The notes under the pieces are model-generated. The model made no database searches, was not told the DNA's origin, and saw nothing but the letters and a program-made list of their open reading frames with translations. Below are positions 38,285 to 51,382 of a stretch of 64,000 nucleotides of DNA, piece by piece (the stretch's first letter is position 1; the number at the start of each line of letters is the position of its first letter). The position numbers and the translations under genes are program-made. This stretch comes from Octopus vulgaris (taxonomy: Eukaryota), in NCBI GenBank assembly GCA_951406725.2, contig OX597829.1, positions 40,796,001 to 40,860,000 of the forward strand, in the 5' to 3' direction.

Positions 38285-38985
38285 ACGTGGAAGAGGTAGA
38301 CCCAGGAAAACCTGGGACGAGGCGGTGAAACATGACCTTCGCTCTTTAGGTCTCACTGAGGAAATGACCAGAGACCGAGACCTTTGGAAGTATGCTGTGC
38401 GTGAGAAGACCCGGCAGGACAAGTGAGGCCATAACCTGCGGCCCCTACCTGGGACGTAGTCAGTCCACCTGTGCATACCTTCCTTCTTGGGACACGTAAC
38501 TCTACTTGTGAAAACCTGTTGAGGCAAGTGAAAATCAAAATCAAAGAATCAAATCAAAATCGAAATCGATCCACATCAATAGAATTTGTAGTTTTGTGGT
38601 ACCAGTGCCGGTGGCTCATAAGAGAACCATCCGAACTTGGCCGTAGCCAGCACCGCATCGACTGGCCTCCGTGTTGGTGGCACGTAACAAACACCATCCG
38701 AAAATGGCCGTGCCACCGTCGCCTGGTCTCCGTGCCGGTGACACGTAAAAACACCATCCAAGCATGGCCATTTGCCAGCCTTGTCTGGCACCTGTGTCAG
38801 TGGCACATAAAAAGCACCCACTACACTCACGGAGTGGTTGGCGTTAGGAAGGGCATCCAGCTATAGAAACACTGCCAGATCTGACTGGCCTGGTGCAGCC
38901 TTCGGGCTTCCCAGACCCCAGTTGAACCATCCAACTCATGCTAGCATGGAAAGCGGACATTAAACGATGATGATGATGATGATGA
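38285..38985 (+). mobile_element. RTE-A 3' fragment
   Basis: GRGRPRKTWDEAVKHDL..KYAVREKTRQDK then 3'UTR and (GAT)n tail. Confidence 0.9.
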
Positions 38986-39047
38986 TATATATGTATATAT
39001 ACACACACACACACATATTGATATACATGCATATAAATGTAAATACA

Positions 39048-39097
<50 letters not shown>

Positions 39098-39114
39098 TAT
39101 TTGTATTTATATAT

Positions 39115-39156
<42 letters not shown>

Positions 39157-39858
39157 TGTATATATGTGCGTATGTATGTATAGTGTAGCGAATTGAAAAA
39201 TTTAGATTATTCATGCATATAATAAGCAAGACTTATTTCTAGAGGTGTTTAAAATCTATAAACAAAAAGTAATATAATCAATGTATATACACACACACAC
39301 ACATACACATACAAACACACATATTATATATATATATATATATACATATATTTATATTGGTATGTATACATATTCTTACAATTGTTGTAGTTGCATATTT
39401 AAAGCTAATATCTCAGTAACATCATTAATTAAGTAGATTAAATTCTATTGATGAATTCCATTAATTTTCATCACGATAATATTTGGTTGTGTGTGAGGCA
39501 ATTTGTAATTCTTTACACCAGCACCAATATCCACCTTAACTCCATAATTTTATGGTTTATTTATTATTCAATCTGTAGTAACACTGATTAACTCAAGGTT
39601 GCTGAAAAAATTATTTACTTTCTAAAATGTCAACATTTTTAAAGCCGTTTCATATTTTATGGTGTATGTATTTATTTTTAAATATTTTCTTCATTACACA
39701 CTTTTTATTTTTAATTCAATTTTTTTATGTCATCTTGCAACAGAATCAATTTTAGAATATTTTATTAAGTATTAATTGGTATTATGATTAGTAAGTTTAA
39801 TGTTGGTGAACATAATTTATTACTATTGTTCTTGTGGTTTTCACTTTCTTTTATTTTA

Positions 39859-40402
39859 TTGGGTTGTCCGGAAAGTTCGTGCCAATTTATAGTAACTTAC
39901 ATTTCAACTTATTTTAGAACATGGTTGAGTCCATAAAATAGGATTTGACTACACCTCCATTTAGAGCACAGTTTAAGCTATCTTTTCATTGAAGAACGAT
40001 TATGTTCCTATAACCTGTGTTAATTCTGTAACCCTTTAAAATGGAAGATAAGAAAGTTCATTTTCGGCACTTGATGCTTTGGGAACTATTCCATGATGTT
40101 ACCCCTCCCTCCATATTCACCAGATATTGCTCCTTCGGATTTCCACTTATTCAGGTCTCTGCAGAATAGTCTTAATGGTAAAAATTTCAATTCCTTGGAT
40201 GATGTAAAAGGATACCTTGATGAATTCTTTGCCATGAAACCATCTCAGTTCTGGGAAGAGGGTATTTTCAAGTTAAAGGAAAGATGGAGACGCATTGTGC
40301 TACAAAATGGTTCATATTTGGTTGATTAAAAATGTAATGGTAAGTATTTATTGACCTTTTCCTTTCCTTTAAAAATCGGCACGAACTTTCCGGACAATCC
40401 AA
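39859..40402 (+). mobile_element. Internally deleted mariner (544 bp)
   Basis: TIRs TTGGGTTGTCCGGAAAGTTCGTGCC / GGCACGAACTTTCCGGACAATCCAA; ATG 40041 MEDKKVHFRHLML joined to PPYSPDIAPSDFHLFRSL..GSYLVD*. Confidence 0.93.
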
Positions 40403-40454
40403 CATTTATTTATTTTTTGCTTTTTGCTGTTATTGTTATAGCTTGCCCTATTCT

Positions 40455-40861
40455 TATTTCTTTATTGCCCACAAGGAGCTAAACATAGAGGGGACAAACA
40501 AGGACAGACAAACGTATTAAGTCAATTGCATCAACCCCAGTGCGTAACTGGTACTTAATTTATCGGCCCCGAAAGGATGAATGGCAAAGTTGACCTCTGC
40601 GGAATTTGAACTCAGAACGTAACGGCAGATGAAATACCTATTTCTTTACTACCCACAAGGGGCTAAACACAGAGAGGACAAACAAGGACAAACAAACGGA
40701 TTAAGTCGATTGCATCAACCCCAGTGCGTAACTGGTATTTATTTAATTGATCCCGAAAGGATGAAAGGCAAAGTCGACCTCGGCGGAATTTGAACTCAGA
40801 ACGTAGCGACAGACGAAATACTGCTGAGCATTTCGCCCGGCGTGCTAACGTTTCTGCCAGT
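40455..40861 (-). mobile_element. Dimeric SINE A
   Basis: Two tandem units inside one 12-bp TSD TTGCCCTATTCT (40443-40454, 40862-40873). Confidence 0.88.
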
Positions 40862-41123
40862 TTGCCCTATTCTAATAATGTAACTGGGGTTATAAAACCA
40901 TATGATCTTTTTTCATTCCATGATGTCATCCAATCTGGTTGTCTGGTTCTTATCCTAGATTTTTATTTCTTTTTATGATCTCCAACATTCTTGTCTCACA
41001 GCAATTTTTTATTTGCTCTTTTCCACATTTTAAAATCATTTATCTCACACTCCATATGAAAAATAAGCCCAAAGTTTTCAAAATGTTGCAGTAAGTAACC
41101 CTAAGAGAAAACTTTGCCTATAG

Positions 41124-41160
<37 letters not shown>

Positions 41161-41165
<5 letters not shown>

Positions 41166-41342
41166 TAAAAACAGTAAGATAACAAAAGAAAGAAAGAGAC
41201 CTCAATATTATGTAAATAGAGGAATTTATCTGTAAATATAATATGTGACAATTATTCAGTAGCCAAGATAAAACTCTGAGTTTCAGATGCCGAGGTGGAA
41301 ATCCACACCACCATCTCTTTAGTTATCCGGATAATTGTTACA
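41161..41342 (-). mobile_element. pLTR-like repeat with hammerhead-like motif
   Basis: Minus 41322-41280: CTAAAGA GATG..GTGG ATTT CCAC..CATC T GAAAC; abuts (TA)n and the Penelope RT. Confidence 0.55.
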
Positions 41343-42715
41343 TATCCGTGTCCTTGCCCCGCTAGTGGCGTCTCTTCCCTCCCACATCCACGACACCAAC
41401 CATGCTCTCCGGCTTTTCAACTCTTTCTCCTTTCCTCCTGGCTCCTCCAAACTTCTTTTTACAATGGACATCCAGAGCCTCTATACCGTCATCCCTCACC
41501 ACGAAGGAGTGCGGGCACTTCAACACTTTCTCGACCTCCGCCCCAACCCCGAACCCGACACCTCCACACTCATTTGTCTGGCTGAACTTGTCCTTTCTCT
41601 TAACTGCTTCTCGTTTGCGGGCGAGTTCTACCAACAGTTCTCGGGAGTGGCCATGGGAACGCGAATGGGCCCCAACTATGCGAACCTGTTCATTGGCTAT
41701 GTTGAGGCCCAAATATTCTCTAGTTTCACTGGTCCCACTCCCAAACTATACAGTCGTTAAATTGATGACATTATCGGTGCCACCTCACTCTTCTGTGAAC
41801 ATCTAGACTCCTTCCTCTCTTTCGTTCAATCCTTCCATCCTGCCTTCCACTTCACCTGTACTATCTCCAACACCTCTGTCTCCTTCCTCGACATTTCAGT
41901 CAGCATTCATCACTCCACTCTTACCACCTCCATTCACTACAAACACACAGACTCACACTCATACCTAAACTTCTCTTCTTCCCACCCAGAACACACCAAG
42001 CTTTCCATCCCCTATTCCCAATTCCTCCGTCTACGTAGGCTCTGTAGTGACGACCATGACTCAGTCTCAACTCATGGCTCGCCACTTCATCCTACGTGGA
42101 TACCCCATCACCACTATCCACACCGCCCTTGCAAGAGCACTTCCGTAGACCGTGCATCTGCTCTCTACCCCCAAACCCGCCCTGCAGTCTACCTCTCCAA
42201 CGCACCATTCTTCAAGCTTTCTGGCATCTCCAGTCCGACCCATCCACTTCACACCTCTTCCCTAATCGACCCCTCCCCTCCTTCAAACGAGCCCATAACC
42301 TTCTTCCCTGACCCTACCTCCCAACCTGGCTCGTTCCCCTGCTCCCGCCCACGTTGCCGCACTTGGCCTTACCACTCCAATACCACTCTCCTCACCGGCA
42401 CCCATCATCGACCCTATCGCATCATCGACTCCTTCACCTGCACCTCCAGCAATATCATCTATTGCATCTCCTGCTCTATCTGCCATTCCTTGTACATCGG
42501 ACAAACAGGATGCGGCTTGGCTGACTGGTTCGCGGAACACCTCTGTGACATCCGCCTTGCCAATGACACACCAGTCTCACGCTATTTCCGCTCCACCGGT
42601 CACTCCTTGCAACACCTGTCTGTGTTCGGATTGTCCTTGCACAGAGGCCATCCGGATTCCCGCTTGCACCGTGAACAGGGATTAATCTTCTCTCTTCGCT
42701 CTTTTATGCCATTTG
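41343..42715 (+). mobile_element. Decayed Penelope-like element (Neptune-like): RT plus GIY-YIG endonuclease
   Basis: FTMDIQSLYT, GVAMGTRMGPNYAN, R*IDD (TAA 41758-41760 replaces Y), SIPYSQFLRLRRLCS, PCSRPRC linker, NIIYCISCSICHSLYIGQTG, REQGLIFSL. Confidence 0.93.
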
Positions 42716-42830
42716 GGCGATAAATTAAGTACCAGTTACGCACTGGGGTCGATATAATTGACTTAATCCGTTTGTCTGTCCTTATTTGTCCCCTCTGTGT
42801 TTAGCCCCTTGTGGGTAGTAAAGAAATAGG
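42716..42830 (+). mobile_element. SINE A 3' half
   Basis: CGATAAATTAAGTACCAG..GGGTAGTAAAGAAATAGG. Confidence 0.88.
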
Positions 42831-43340
42831 TAGTCGAACCAAGAAAGAAAGGTCAGGCTGAGGTGAAACCGGTCATGTGGAAGGAGAGAAGAGAGGTAGA
42901 GGCGGAGGGATAGAAGAATTAGGGAGGGATGAGAAAAAAAGAAAAGGGACAGAGTGAAGTGAAAGAGGAGGAAGGTGAGAATGAATGGAAGGCTAGGAAA
43001 TGTGAGAGAGGGGGAGCGAAAGAAAAAGAGTGGAAAGAACGAAGTAAGTGAGAAGGGGCTGTGAGAAAGAAAGAAAGAAAGAAAGAAAGAAGGAATGAAA
43101 GAATAAGAGAGTCATACAAAATTTAGATATATGGCGGTGCCCCAGCATGGCCACAGCTCATGAGCTGAAACTGAAAAAAAAAAAAAAAAAAATATGTACT
43201 TACATATAAGAAACCAAAGTGTACGTACGCTGCTATATGTATGTAGAAAAGAATACAAAAAATGGGACAAGAACGCAACGGGCAACAACAAAACATCCTG
43301 ACAGTTAGATGACACAAAGGGGCACAAGACAATACAAGGA
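42831..43340 (-). mobile_element. Partial inverted copy of the 21320-22140 element, with a short SINE B-like tail insertion (about 43131-43190)
   Basis: Reverse complement matches 21328-21725. Confidence 0.8.
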
Positions 43341-43357
43341 CAGATCATTTAGAGTTT

Positions 43358-43572
43358 TCACACACACACACATACACACACACGCACGTACGCACGCAAG
43401 CATGCACACACAAACACAAACACATGCACAGACACACATACACACACACGCATGCAAGCATGCACACACACGCACGCACACGCACGCAAGCATGCACACA
43501 CAAACACACACACACAAACATACACACACACACACACACGCACGCAAGCATGCACACACAAACACACGCACA

Positions 43573-43602
<30 letters not shown>
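43358..43602. repeat. (CA)n / CACGCAAGCATG compound repeat
   Basis: Direct inspection. Confidence 0.92.
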
Positions 43603-43608
<6 letters not shown>

Positions 43609-43705
43609 AGGGTATTCTTTATAGGTTTAATACAATTTAGTTTATAATTTGATATGATACTCAATAAATTCTCAACTTCAAAAGCTGGAAAATTAATATT
43701 TTAAA

Positions 43706-44120
43706 GTTGGGGGAGGCGGGGGTAAGTCAATTGTCTCTCCCCAGTACTCAACTGGTATTTATTTTGCCAACCCTGAAGGGATGAAAGGCAAAGTTGCCCT
43801 CAGTGATATTTGAACTTATATGAACGAAATGCCGCTATGCATTTTGCCTGGCATGCTAACAATTCTGCTAGCTCACCATCACCATACATTGCCCCCACCC
43901 CCAAACAGCTATGCTAGGAACAACCCACATCTTGTGCAAGACTATCAATGCATTGAACGTTCTGAGTTCAATTTCTGCCAAGGTTGACTTTGCCTTTCAT
44001 CCTTTCGGGTTCGATTAAATAAGTACCAGTTGCACACCAGGGTCAACATAATCGACTTAATCCCTTTGTTTGTCCTTGTTAGTCCCTCTTATGTTTAACC
44101 CCCTGTGGGCAATAAAAAAA
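43706..44120. mobile_element. Two SINE A-type copies in divergent orientation (43706-43878 minus; 43957-44120 plus)
   Basis: Core GATGAAAGGCAAAGT on plus, then ACTTTGCCTTTCATCC. Confidence 0.8.
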
Positions 44121-44900
44121 ATGAAAAACAACAATAATAGTCTCTGATTTAGGCACAAGGCCAGCAACTTTGAAGCTAAGAGGTTAGTTGATACTACAAG
44201 TTTTGTAACTTAGTTTTTTTTTCTTTTTTCAATTCTCTCTGCTAAATGTGTTTCACAGACCAAAATTTCAAGTATAGTGATTGTAATCAACTAAGGCTTC
44301 GAAATTAGTTGCTATTCAATATCTAGCTATCTCTACATCCAGAAATCCTACAGACAAAATCTTACTTTTGTTCTGTGAAACTGAATAAAACAAGTGCATG
44401 TTTCCTGGCCAAAAAAGCAGTTTTTTTTTTCATATACACATTCCGAATGTTATGCAGATGAAAGGTAAAAAAATTAACATACTTGCAGTTCATCTGAACT
44501 GTAGCGCTAATCTTCACAGTGAATTCCTAACAAATACATTAAAATCTTTGCCGAATTGGTCAAAACTCTAAGTTTAGTATTCTTGTGACCATATTTCTGA
44601 TAAAATAAATTGTGTATTTTTCAATTCATTTTGAACATAATTAAGGCTTAGAACAAATTACTAATATGTTGAGCTGATATTTAGAACTACGTAAAATTAG
44701 CATTAAAATTTTCCATTTAAATGTGAATTTCTTCAGAAATTGACTGTTGCATCATATCATAGAACTGAAGCAGTCTCAAATGAATTGGCATCAAAAGTCA
44801 TAACATCTTAGAAATGCAGCGAAAAGAAAGAAACGTATGAATGAGAGTGATATCAGATTTTAATCAGTGAATCTCTACAAAAAAAAAAACTCTAAAATTT

Positions 44901-45281
44901 ACTGCTGCTGGTTGCTGTTGCTGCTGTTGAGCGTAGCGGTCTTCATCCAGTGGGAAAAGTCTGAAACGTGGTCCTTTGCTATTCGTATGACCCGCAGAAG
45001 ATAAACCAGGTCAACCACCGACACCGAGAGCATCGACGTATGGATGAATGTGCATCCAGGCTCAGCGGTTGCGTAGGAAGTCGGGGACAAGAAACAGGAA
45101 GAAAGAGAGAAAGTTGGAGTGAAAGAGTACAACAGGGGTCGCCACCACCCCCTGCCGGAGCCTCGCGGGGCTTTAAGTGTTTTCGCTCAATAAACACGCA
45201 CAACGCCCAGTCTGGGAATCGAAACCGCGATCCTCCGACTACGAGTCCGCTGCCCTAACCATTGGGCCATTGCGCCTCCAC
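44901..45281 (-). mobile_element. SINE D, tail type 1, full length
   Basis: tRNA-like head; tail ..CGAATAGCAAAGGACCACGTTTCAGA..(CAG)n; 10-bp repeat ACTGCTGCTG at 44901 and 45282. Confidence 0.9.
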
Positions 45282-45705
45282 ACTGCTGCTGACTTTAGCT
45301 TACATGTTTTCGACACATTTATCTTTTTAAATTTTTTTTTTATTTCGATATTGTTGTGGAACTAAAGAAATCCTCCATGTTATGGCAACAGAAGTGATTG
45401 TATTTTTGTGGGTGGAGGAGATCCAAAAAAAGTTTCATTGGAATACAGCACAATTTACATAATGGAGTCACTAGAACAATAGATTTTGCATTATAGAATT
45501 CCCCCATTATTGCAAAGCTTTCAGGAATGCAACACTTCTAATAACACTGCAGATTGTTGAAATCAGGTTGGATTTAAGTTGTCATTCTGTACAAATAGTT
45601 GTGTCAAATTATGACAATTGCTTTGGTATGACAAAAGGAGAGAGAGAGAGGGGAGTCTTTGTATCTTCTGTTTCTCTCTCTCTATCTTTCTTTCTCTTTC
45701 TCTTC

Positions 45706-45737
<32 letters not shown>

Positions 45738-46239
45738 TTATTGTTTTTTCTCTTATGATAAGAATACAGTTGATGTCACAATTACCAAACAGCATAAATC
45801 CGCAATCCATGACAGCCGTATATTGTTTTCATCTGGCAACAACATCATCTCTGTGATGTGAACAGCCCTAGGCAATATGCATCTGGATAACCACCGAATA
45901 CAATCAGGATTCTAAGCAAGGATAATTATATTTTTCTTGATTCACGAAAGATCTTATTATATAGAACAAATATAGAAATAAAGCCCAATTGTAACAAGAA
46001 TGAAATTCTGTAAGAGCTATGTCCACTGGCATTGTCTTGGGGCATAAATAATAATAATTCTATCTTAAAGAGCATACCATGTGATATCAGGCATAGCAAT
46101 TAAGTTAACATTATTCCTCAACTTCTCCATCATGAAATTGTAAATTTGGTTTCTTTTAAGTCATTAAGCTATGTCTTGCAGGAGAGCCAACTCCTAAACT
46201 TACTTTGGTTGGACTCCCACCTGATCCTTGAAGACAAAG

Positions 46240-46600
46240 TCACATCATCTAGAATCTCAATCCATCATTGCCACCTTCAGTTTGTGGATAGAATACAGTC
46301 CCGTGTCTCACATTGAATTTGTTAATAAATGTAAGATGATGTCTCCCATGCTTGTTGGCACTATGCTGTGGGTCTCCGATGCACAAGTTTTGGTGCTTCT
46401 CTTTCCTGGTAATGCATGCAATGACCTGGTAGATGGAGATGTCATTCACTGAACTTGCTGGTCACGTTTGGAAAGCTTCCATAGAATAACTCATTGTTTA
46501 AGTACTGCTGTCATTTCACATCCAGGACCATTTGTAGCATCCTTGTATAGTAGCCGTTTAAACTTTTCTTTGCTTTGATGATTTTAGGTTTTCTACCGAA
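46240..46600 (-). mobile_element. Old RTE-B LINE C-terminal relic
   Basis: Minus: YTRMLQMVLDVK*QQYLNNELFYG..LPGHCMH..AMMD, similar to 58861-59375. Confidence 0.65.
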
Positions 46601-46686
46601 TTCGTAGCTGGCACTTGATGACTAAGCGTTCAAGTGTGCTACATAAAATGCTGAATTTATATTGGTAAATTGGTCATCTACTAATA

Positions 46687-47011
46687 GGAGCACTCCGTTG
46701 GTTGCAATGATGAGGGTCCCAGCTGATACGATCAACGGAACAGCCTGCTCATGAAATTAACGTGCAAGTGGCTGAGCCCTCCATTGACACACGTACGCCT
46801 AACGTAGTTCTCAGGGAGATTCAGCATGACACAAAGTGTGACAAGGCCGGCCCTTTGAAATACAGGTACAACTCATTTTTGCCAGCTGAGTGGACTGGAG
46901 CAATGTGAAATAAAGTGTCTTGCTCAAGGACTCAACACGTCGCCAGGAATAGAACTCACGACCTTACAATCGTGAGTCGAATGCCCTAACCACTAAGCCA
47001 TGCGCCTTCAC
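46687..47011 (-). mobile_element. SINE E (V-domain-like central region)
   Basis: Head GAAGGCGCATGGCTTAGTGGTTAGGGC; GTCCTTGAGCAAGACACTTTA..TTGCTCCAGTCCACTCAGCTG. Confidence 0.8.
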
Positions 47012-47084
47012 ATTTACTATGATATAAGTGAAGACATGTAGTTTAATAGCTAGGACATTAGGTGCAGGTTTATAGGATCATGGT

Positions 47085-47340
47085 TTTATGTGCAGGTGGC
47101 ACATAAAAAGCACCATCTGAGCGTGGCTGTTACCAGTACCACCAAATTGGCCCTTGTGCCAGTGGTACGTAAAAGCACCCACTACACTCTTGGAGTGGTT
47201 GGCGTTAAGAAGGGCACCCAGCTGTAGAAACTCTGCCAGATCAGTTTGGAGTCTGGTTCGCAAGACCTCAGTCAAATCATCCAACCCATGCTAGCATAGA
47301 AAGCGGACATTAAATGATGATGATGATGATGATGATGATG
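47085..47340 (+). mobile_element. RTE-A 3' tail
   Basis: GGCACATAAAAAGCACC units; TAAA(TGA)n. Confidence 0.85.
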
Positions 47341-47597
47341 GTTTTGATTTCTAGACTGAACAGTGCATTGTGTCCTTGAGAAGAGCATTGTGTGCTTTCA
47401 CATAGCTCCACTCTGCTCAGCTGAAGACAAGCACCTGTGTAGCTAGGATTAACCCTATGACTGACTGGAAGACAGTCCCGAGTGGTGGGGACATCATTGC
47501 ACAATCAATATCTGAAATGCCAAGAAAACCAAGTTAACCTAAAGGAGTCTGATTGCTTGCAAGCAGAATTTAGTTTAACTGTTTTATTAGTTTTATG

Positions 47598-47669
47598 CAT
47601 ATACATACATACATACATACATATACATACATGCACACACATACATGCATGCATACATACATACATACA

Positions 47670-47700
<31 letters not shown>

Positions 47701-47930
47701 GCATACACACACATATATACATACATGCACACACATACATGCATACATACATATGTATGCACACACATATATACATACATATACATACATGCACACACAT
47801 ACATGCATACATACATACATACATATGCATACACACACATCTATACATACATATGCAAACACACACATACATACGTAAATGCATGCATGTATAGGCACAC
47901 ACACACACTGACAAACACACATGCGCACAA
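47598..47930. repeat. (ATAC)n/(CA)n compound microsatellite
   Basis: Direct inspection. Confidence 0.95.
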
Positions 47931-47967
47931 ACAAACAAAAGGGAACGCAGTGTATATAATGGACAGA

Positions 47968-48175
47968 GTCAAAACTATTGAAAAGGTTGCAAGACGCAAC
48001 GGAAATTTTAGGAAAATAAAAATAAGAAAAAAGAAAGTGGAAATGTTACCGGTGAGTGTGTTAAATAATAAGGCACCAAAAGAAAATGACTCTCCCCAGA
48101 CACAGCAGAATATGCTTCAACACACGAACTCACATAAAGAATCTTGCAAACCAAAACCCAAAACGAAATATTTTA
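47968..48175 (+). mobile_element. Monomer of the pLTR-like repeat seen inverted at 16610-16900
   Basis: Same sequence; 47978-48005 TTGAAAA GGTTGC AAGAC GCAACG GAAA is hammerhead-like. Confidence 0.7.
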
Positions 48176-48193
48176 TTAGACTTGTAATTTAAA

Positions 48194-48608
48194 CTCTTTA
48201 CTCTTTTATTCTTTTATTTGTTTCAGTCATTTGAATGCGGCCATGCTGGAGCACCGCCTTTAGTCAAGCAAATTGACTCCAGGACTTATTCTTTCTAAGC
48301 CCAGTACTTATTCTATCGGTCTCTTTTGCGGAACCGTTAAGTTACGGGAACATAAACACACCAGCATCGGTTGTCAAGCAATGCTAGGGGGACAAACACA
48401 GACACACAAACACACACACGCATATATATATATACATATATACGTCGGGCTTCTTTTCAGTTTCTGTCTACCAAATCCACTCACAAGGCTTTGGTCGGCC
48501 CGAGGCTATAGTAGAAGACATTTGCCTAGGATGCCACTCAGTGAGACTGAACCCAGAACCATGTGGTTGGTAAGCAAGCTACTTACCACACAGCTACTCC
48601 TGCACCTA
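48194..48608 (-). mobile_element. SINE B
   Basis: Full-length reverse match. Confidence 0.9.
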
Positions 48609-48792
48609 TATTAGCATAAAGCAGCAAGTTGGCAGAATCATTAACTGTCAGGGCAAAATGCTTAGTGGCATTTCATAACTTTATATTTTGAGTTCAAATA
48701 CAGGGTCAATAAAATAAGTACCAGTGGGGTTGATGTAATCAACTTACCCCTATTCCCCAAATTGCTGACCTTCAGCCAAAATTCAAAACCAA

Positions 48793-49290
48793 TCATCATC
48801 ATCATCGTTTAACGTCTGCTTTCCATGCTAGTATGGGTTGGACGATTTTGACTGAGGGGTGGTGAACCAGATGGCTGCACTAGGCTCAATCTTGATCTGG
48901 CAGAGTTTCTACAGCTGGATGCCCTTCCTAATGCCAACCACTCCGAGAGTGTAGTGGGTGCTTTTTACGTGCCACCAGCACTGGAGCCAGACAGGCGGTA
49001 CTGGCAACAACCCCACTCGAATCTTTTTACACATGCCAATGGCACAGGTGCCAGTAAGGCAATGCTGGTAACGATCCCGCTCGAATTGTGCCTCCTACAT
49101 GCCACCGGCACGGAAGCCAGTCACTCTGGCAGTGATCACGCTCGGATGGTGCTCTTAGCACCCTACTAGCATGGGGCACAAGTGCCAGTAAGGCGAAGCT
49201 GGTAACGATCATACTCGAATGGTGCCTTTTATGTGCCACTGGCATGGCAGCCGGTTAGCCGCTCTGTCAACGATCACGCTCGGATGGTGG
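48793..49290 (-). mobile_element. RTE-A 3'UTR
   Basis: (CAT)n tail and repeat units as at 24999-25480. Confidence 0.88.
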
Positions 49291-50054
49291 TGCATTTCTA
49301 TACATTGCTTGTTCAACTTTTAGTTTATGATAATATCCTCTTTGAGAAGTTTATAATATAAAGATTATCCATTGTTAAAGTTGTTGAGAAAAATTTTGGT
49401 CTTCACACAAATTTGCAAATAATTTTAACAGTTTTGTTTTATACCATTTCTTGATATTTCTCATTGGTCTGATTTTCTCTTTTTTTATATTCTAATTTGG
49501 CTTTATTAAACTTTAAATCATTTTTTTTTCTTGCCAACATTGCTTGCCAGGACAAAATAAAATATAAAGGAATTTTTTTTTTTAAATCAAAGAAAATGAT
49601 AAGCATATATTTTTCAAATATCAAATATGACTCTTTCTATGTATGGATATTTTTGTATTTGTGTGTGTGTGTGTGTGTATGTGTGTAGTGTAACAGTTAT
49701 GACATTATTCTTTGTAAGAGATATTGGCAATATTTTGGTTGCGAGCAATCACTAAACTGTACATTTACAAAAATATCTCCCACTAAAATAGCAAAAAAAA
49801 AAACAAGGTTTTTTTTCTTTTACTTTTCTAACCAATATTCTAAACCTTACTAAATATTACAATTGGGTAATATTTCCCAAATACATTTTAAATGATAAAA
49901 AATTTTTTATGCTTATATGTTTATGTAATTTCAGTTATCATTTGCTTTTGTCATTGAATGATTTTAAAAGCTGAAATTTAAAATTTAAAATAAAATTAAT
50001 TTAAAAAAAAATATTCTGATGTTATTTTTAACAATAATAGTTTCAAATTTTTCC

Positions 50055-50652
50055 CACAAGGGCAGTTATTTTGGAGTAGGGGACGAGTCAATTACATCAT
50101 CCCCAGTGTTTCACTGGTACTTAATTTATAAACCCCAAAAGCATGAAAGGCAAAGTTGACCTTGGTAGAATTTGAACTCAGAACATAAAGACAGATGAAA
50201 TCCTGCTAAGCATTTCATCTGGCATACAACGATTCTTATTTCTTTATTGCCTACAAGGGGCTAAACATAGAAGGGACAAACAAGGACAGACAAAGGGATT
50301 TAGTCGATTATATCAACCCCAGTGTGTAACTGATACTTATTTAATCGACCCCGAAAGGATGAAAGGCAAAGTCGACCTCGGCAGAATTTGAACTCAGAAC
50401 GTAGCGGCAGAGGAAGTACCTGTTTCTTTATTACCCACAAGGGGCTAAACATAGAAGGGACAAACAAGGACAGACAAAGGGATTAAGTTGATTACATGGA
50501 CCCCAGTGCGTAACTGGTACTTAGTTTATTGACCCTGAAAGGATGAAAGGCAAAGTCGACCTCGGCGGAATTTGAACTCAGAACTTAACGGCAGACAAAA
50601 TACTGCTGAGCATTTCGCCCGGCGTGCTAACGTTTCTGCCAGCTTGCCACCT
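50055..50652 (-). mobile_element. Dimeric SINE A (about 50236-50652) abutting an alternative-tail SINE A
   Basis: Three successive cores on minus. Confidence 0.85.
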
Positions 50653-51121
50653 TAACAACAACAATAATAATAATGAATAATTAACAGTTCAATGTTAACC
50701 TTTAGTAATGAATCATAACATAAATTTATTGAAATACATCATCAACAAACAGGAACAATAATATCTATGTTATTTTGAAGGAAAAAACAAAAGCAAAAGA
50801 GAAATGTTTAAAATTCAATAATGAAATTGAAGTAATAATATAAACAACCATTTGAAAATTTTTTCTTCATATTTGTTTAAAACTAGATTTTAGATTTTAA
50901 AAATTTCATTTATTTATGAATTTATTTATTAAACTACAAAGCAGATAGTGTTTTAGAATCTCCTGAAAATTGCCAAATATATTAGCCACTATTACACAAA
51001 CTTTACTTTCTTCAGGGCTTATTTCCAAAGAAATGCCTCTTTGTAGCAGTTCTCTTTCATCATCATCGTTTAACGTCCGCTTTCCATGCTAGCATGGGTT
51101 GGACTTTGTAAAATATATTTC

Positions 51122-51382
51122 CTTACTATACTTTATAAGTGCAATAGACAGCCCATAGTTAAGTTCCAGATTCGGTAATATTGCGAATAAGGGGTTCAAA
51201 CATTGGTTCTATGTCAGTGTGTGTATATATGAATTTTATTCTTAATGAGATAAAAAAAACAAGGCCTTGGTTTTTTTTATCTCATTACACAAAAAATTCA
51301 TATATACACACACTGACATAGAACCAACGTTGAACCCCTTATTCGCAATATTACCGAATCTGGAACTTACTATACTTTATAA
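51122..51382. mobile_element. Fold-back element, 105-bp arms, no loop, flanked by 17-bp direct repeats
   Basis: 51160-51264 vs 51265-51369, centre AGG|CCT; CTTACTATACTTTATAA at 51122-51138 and 51366-51382. Confidence 0.85.
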
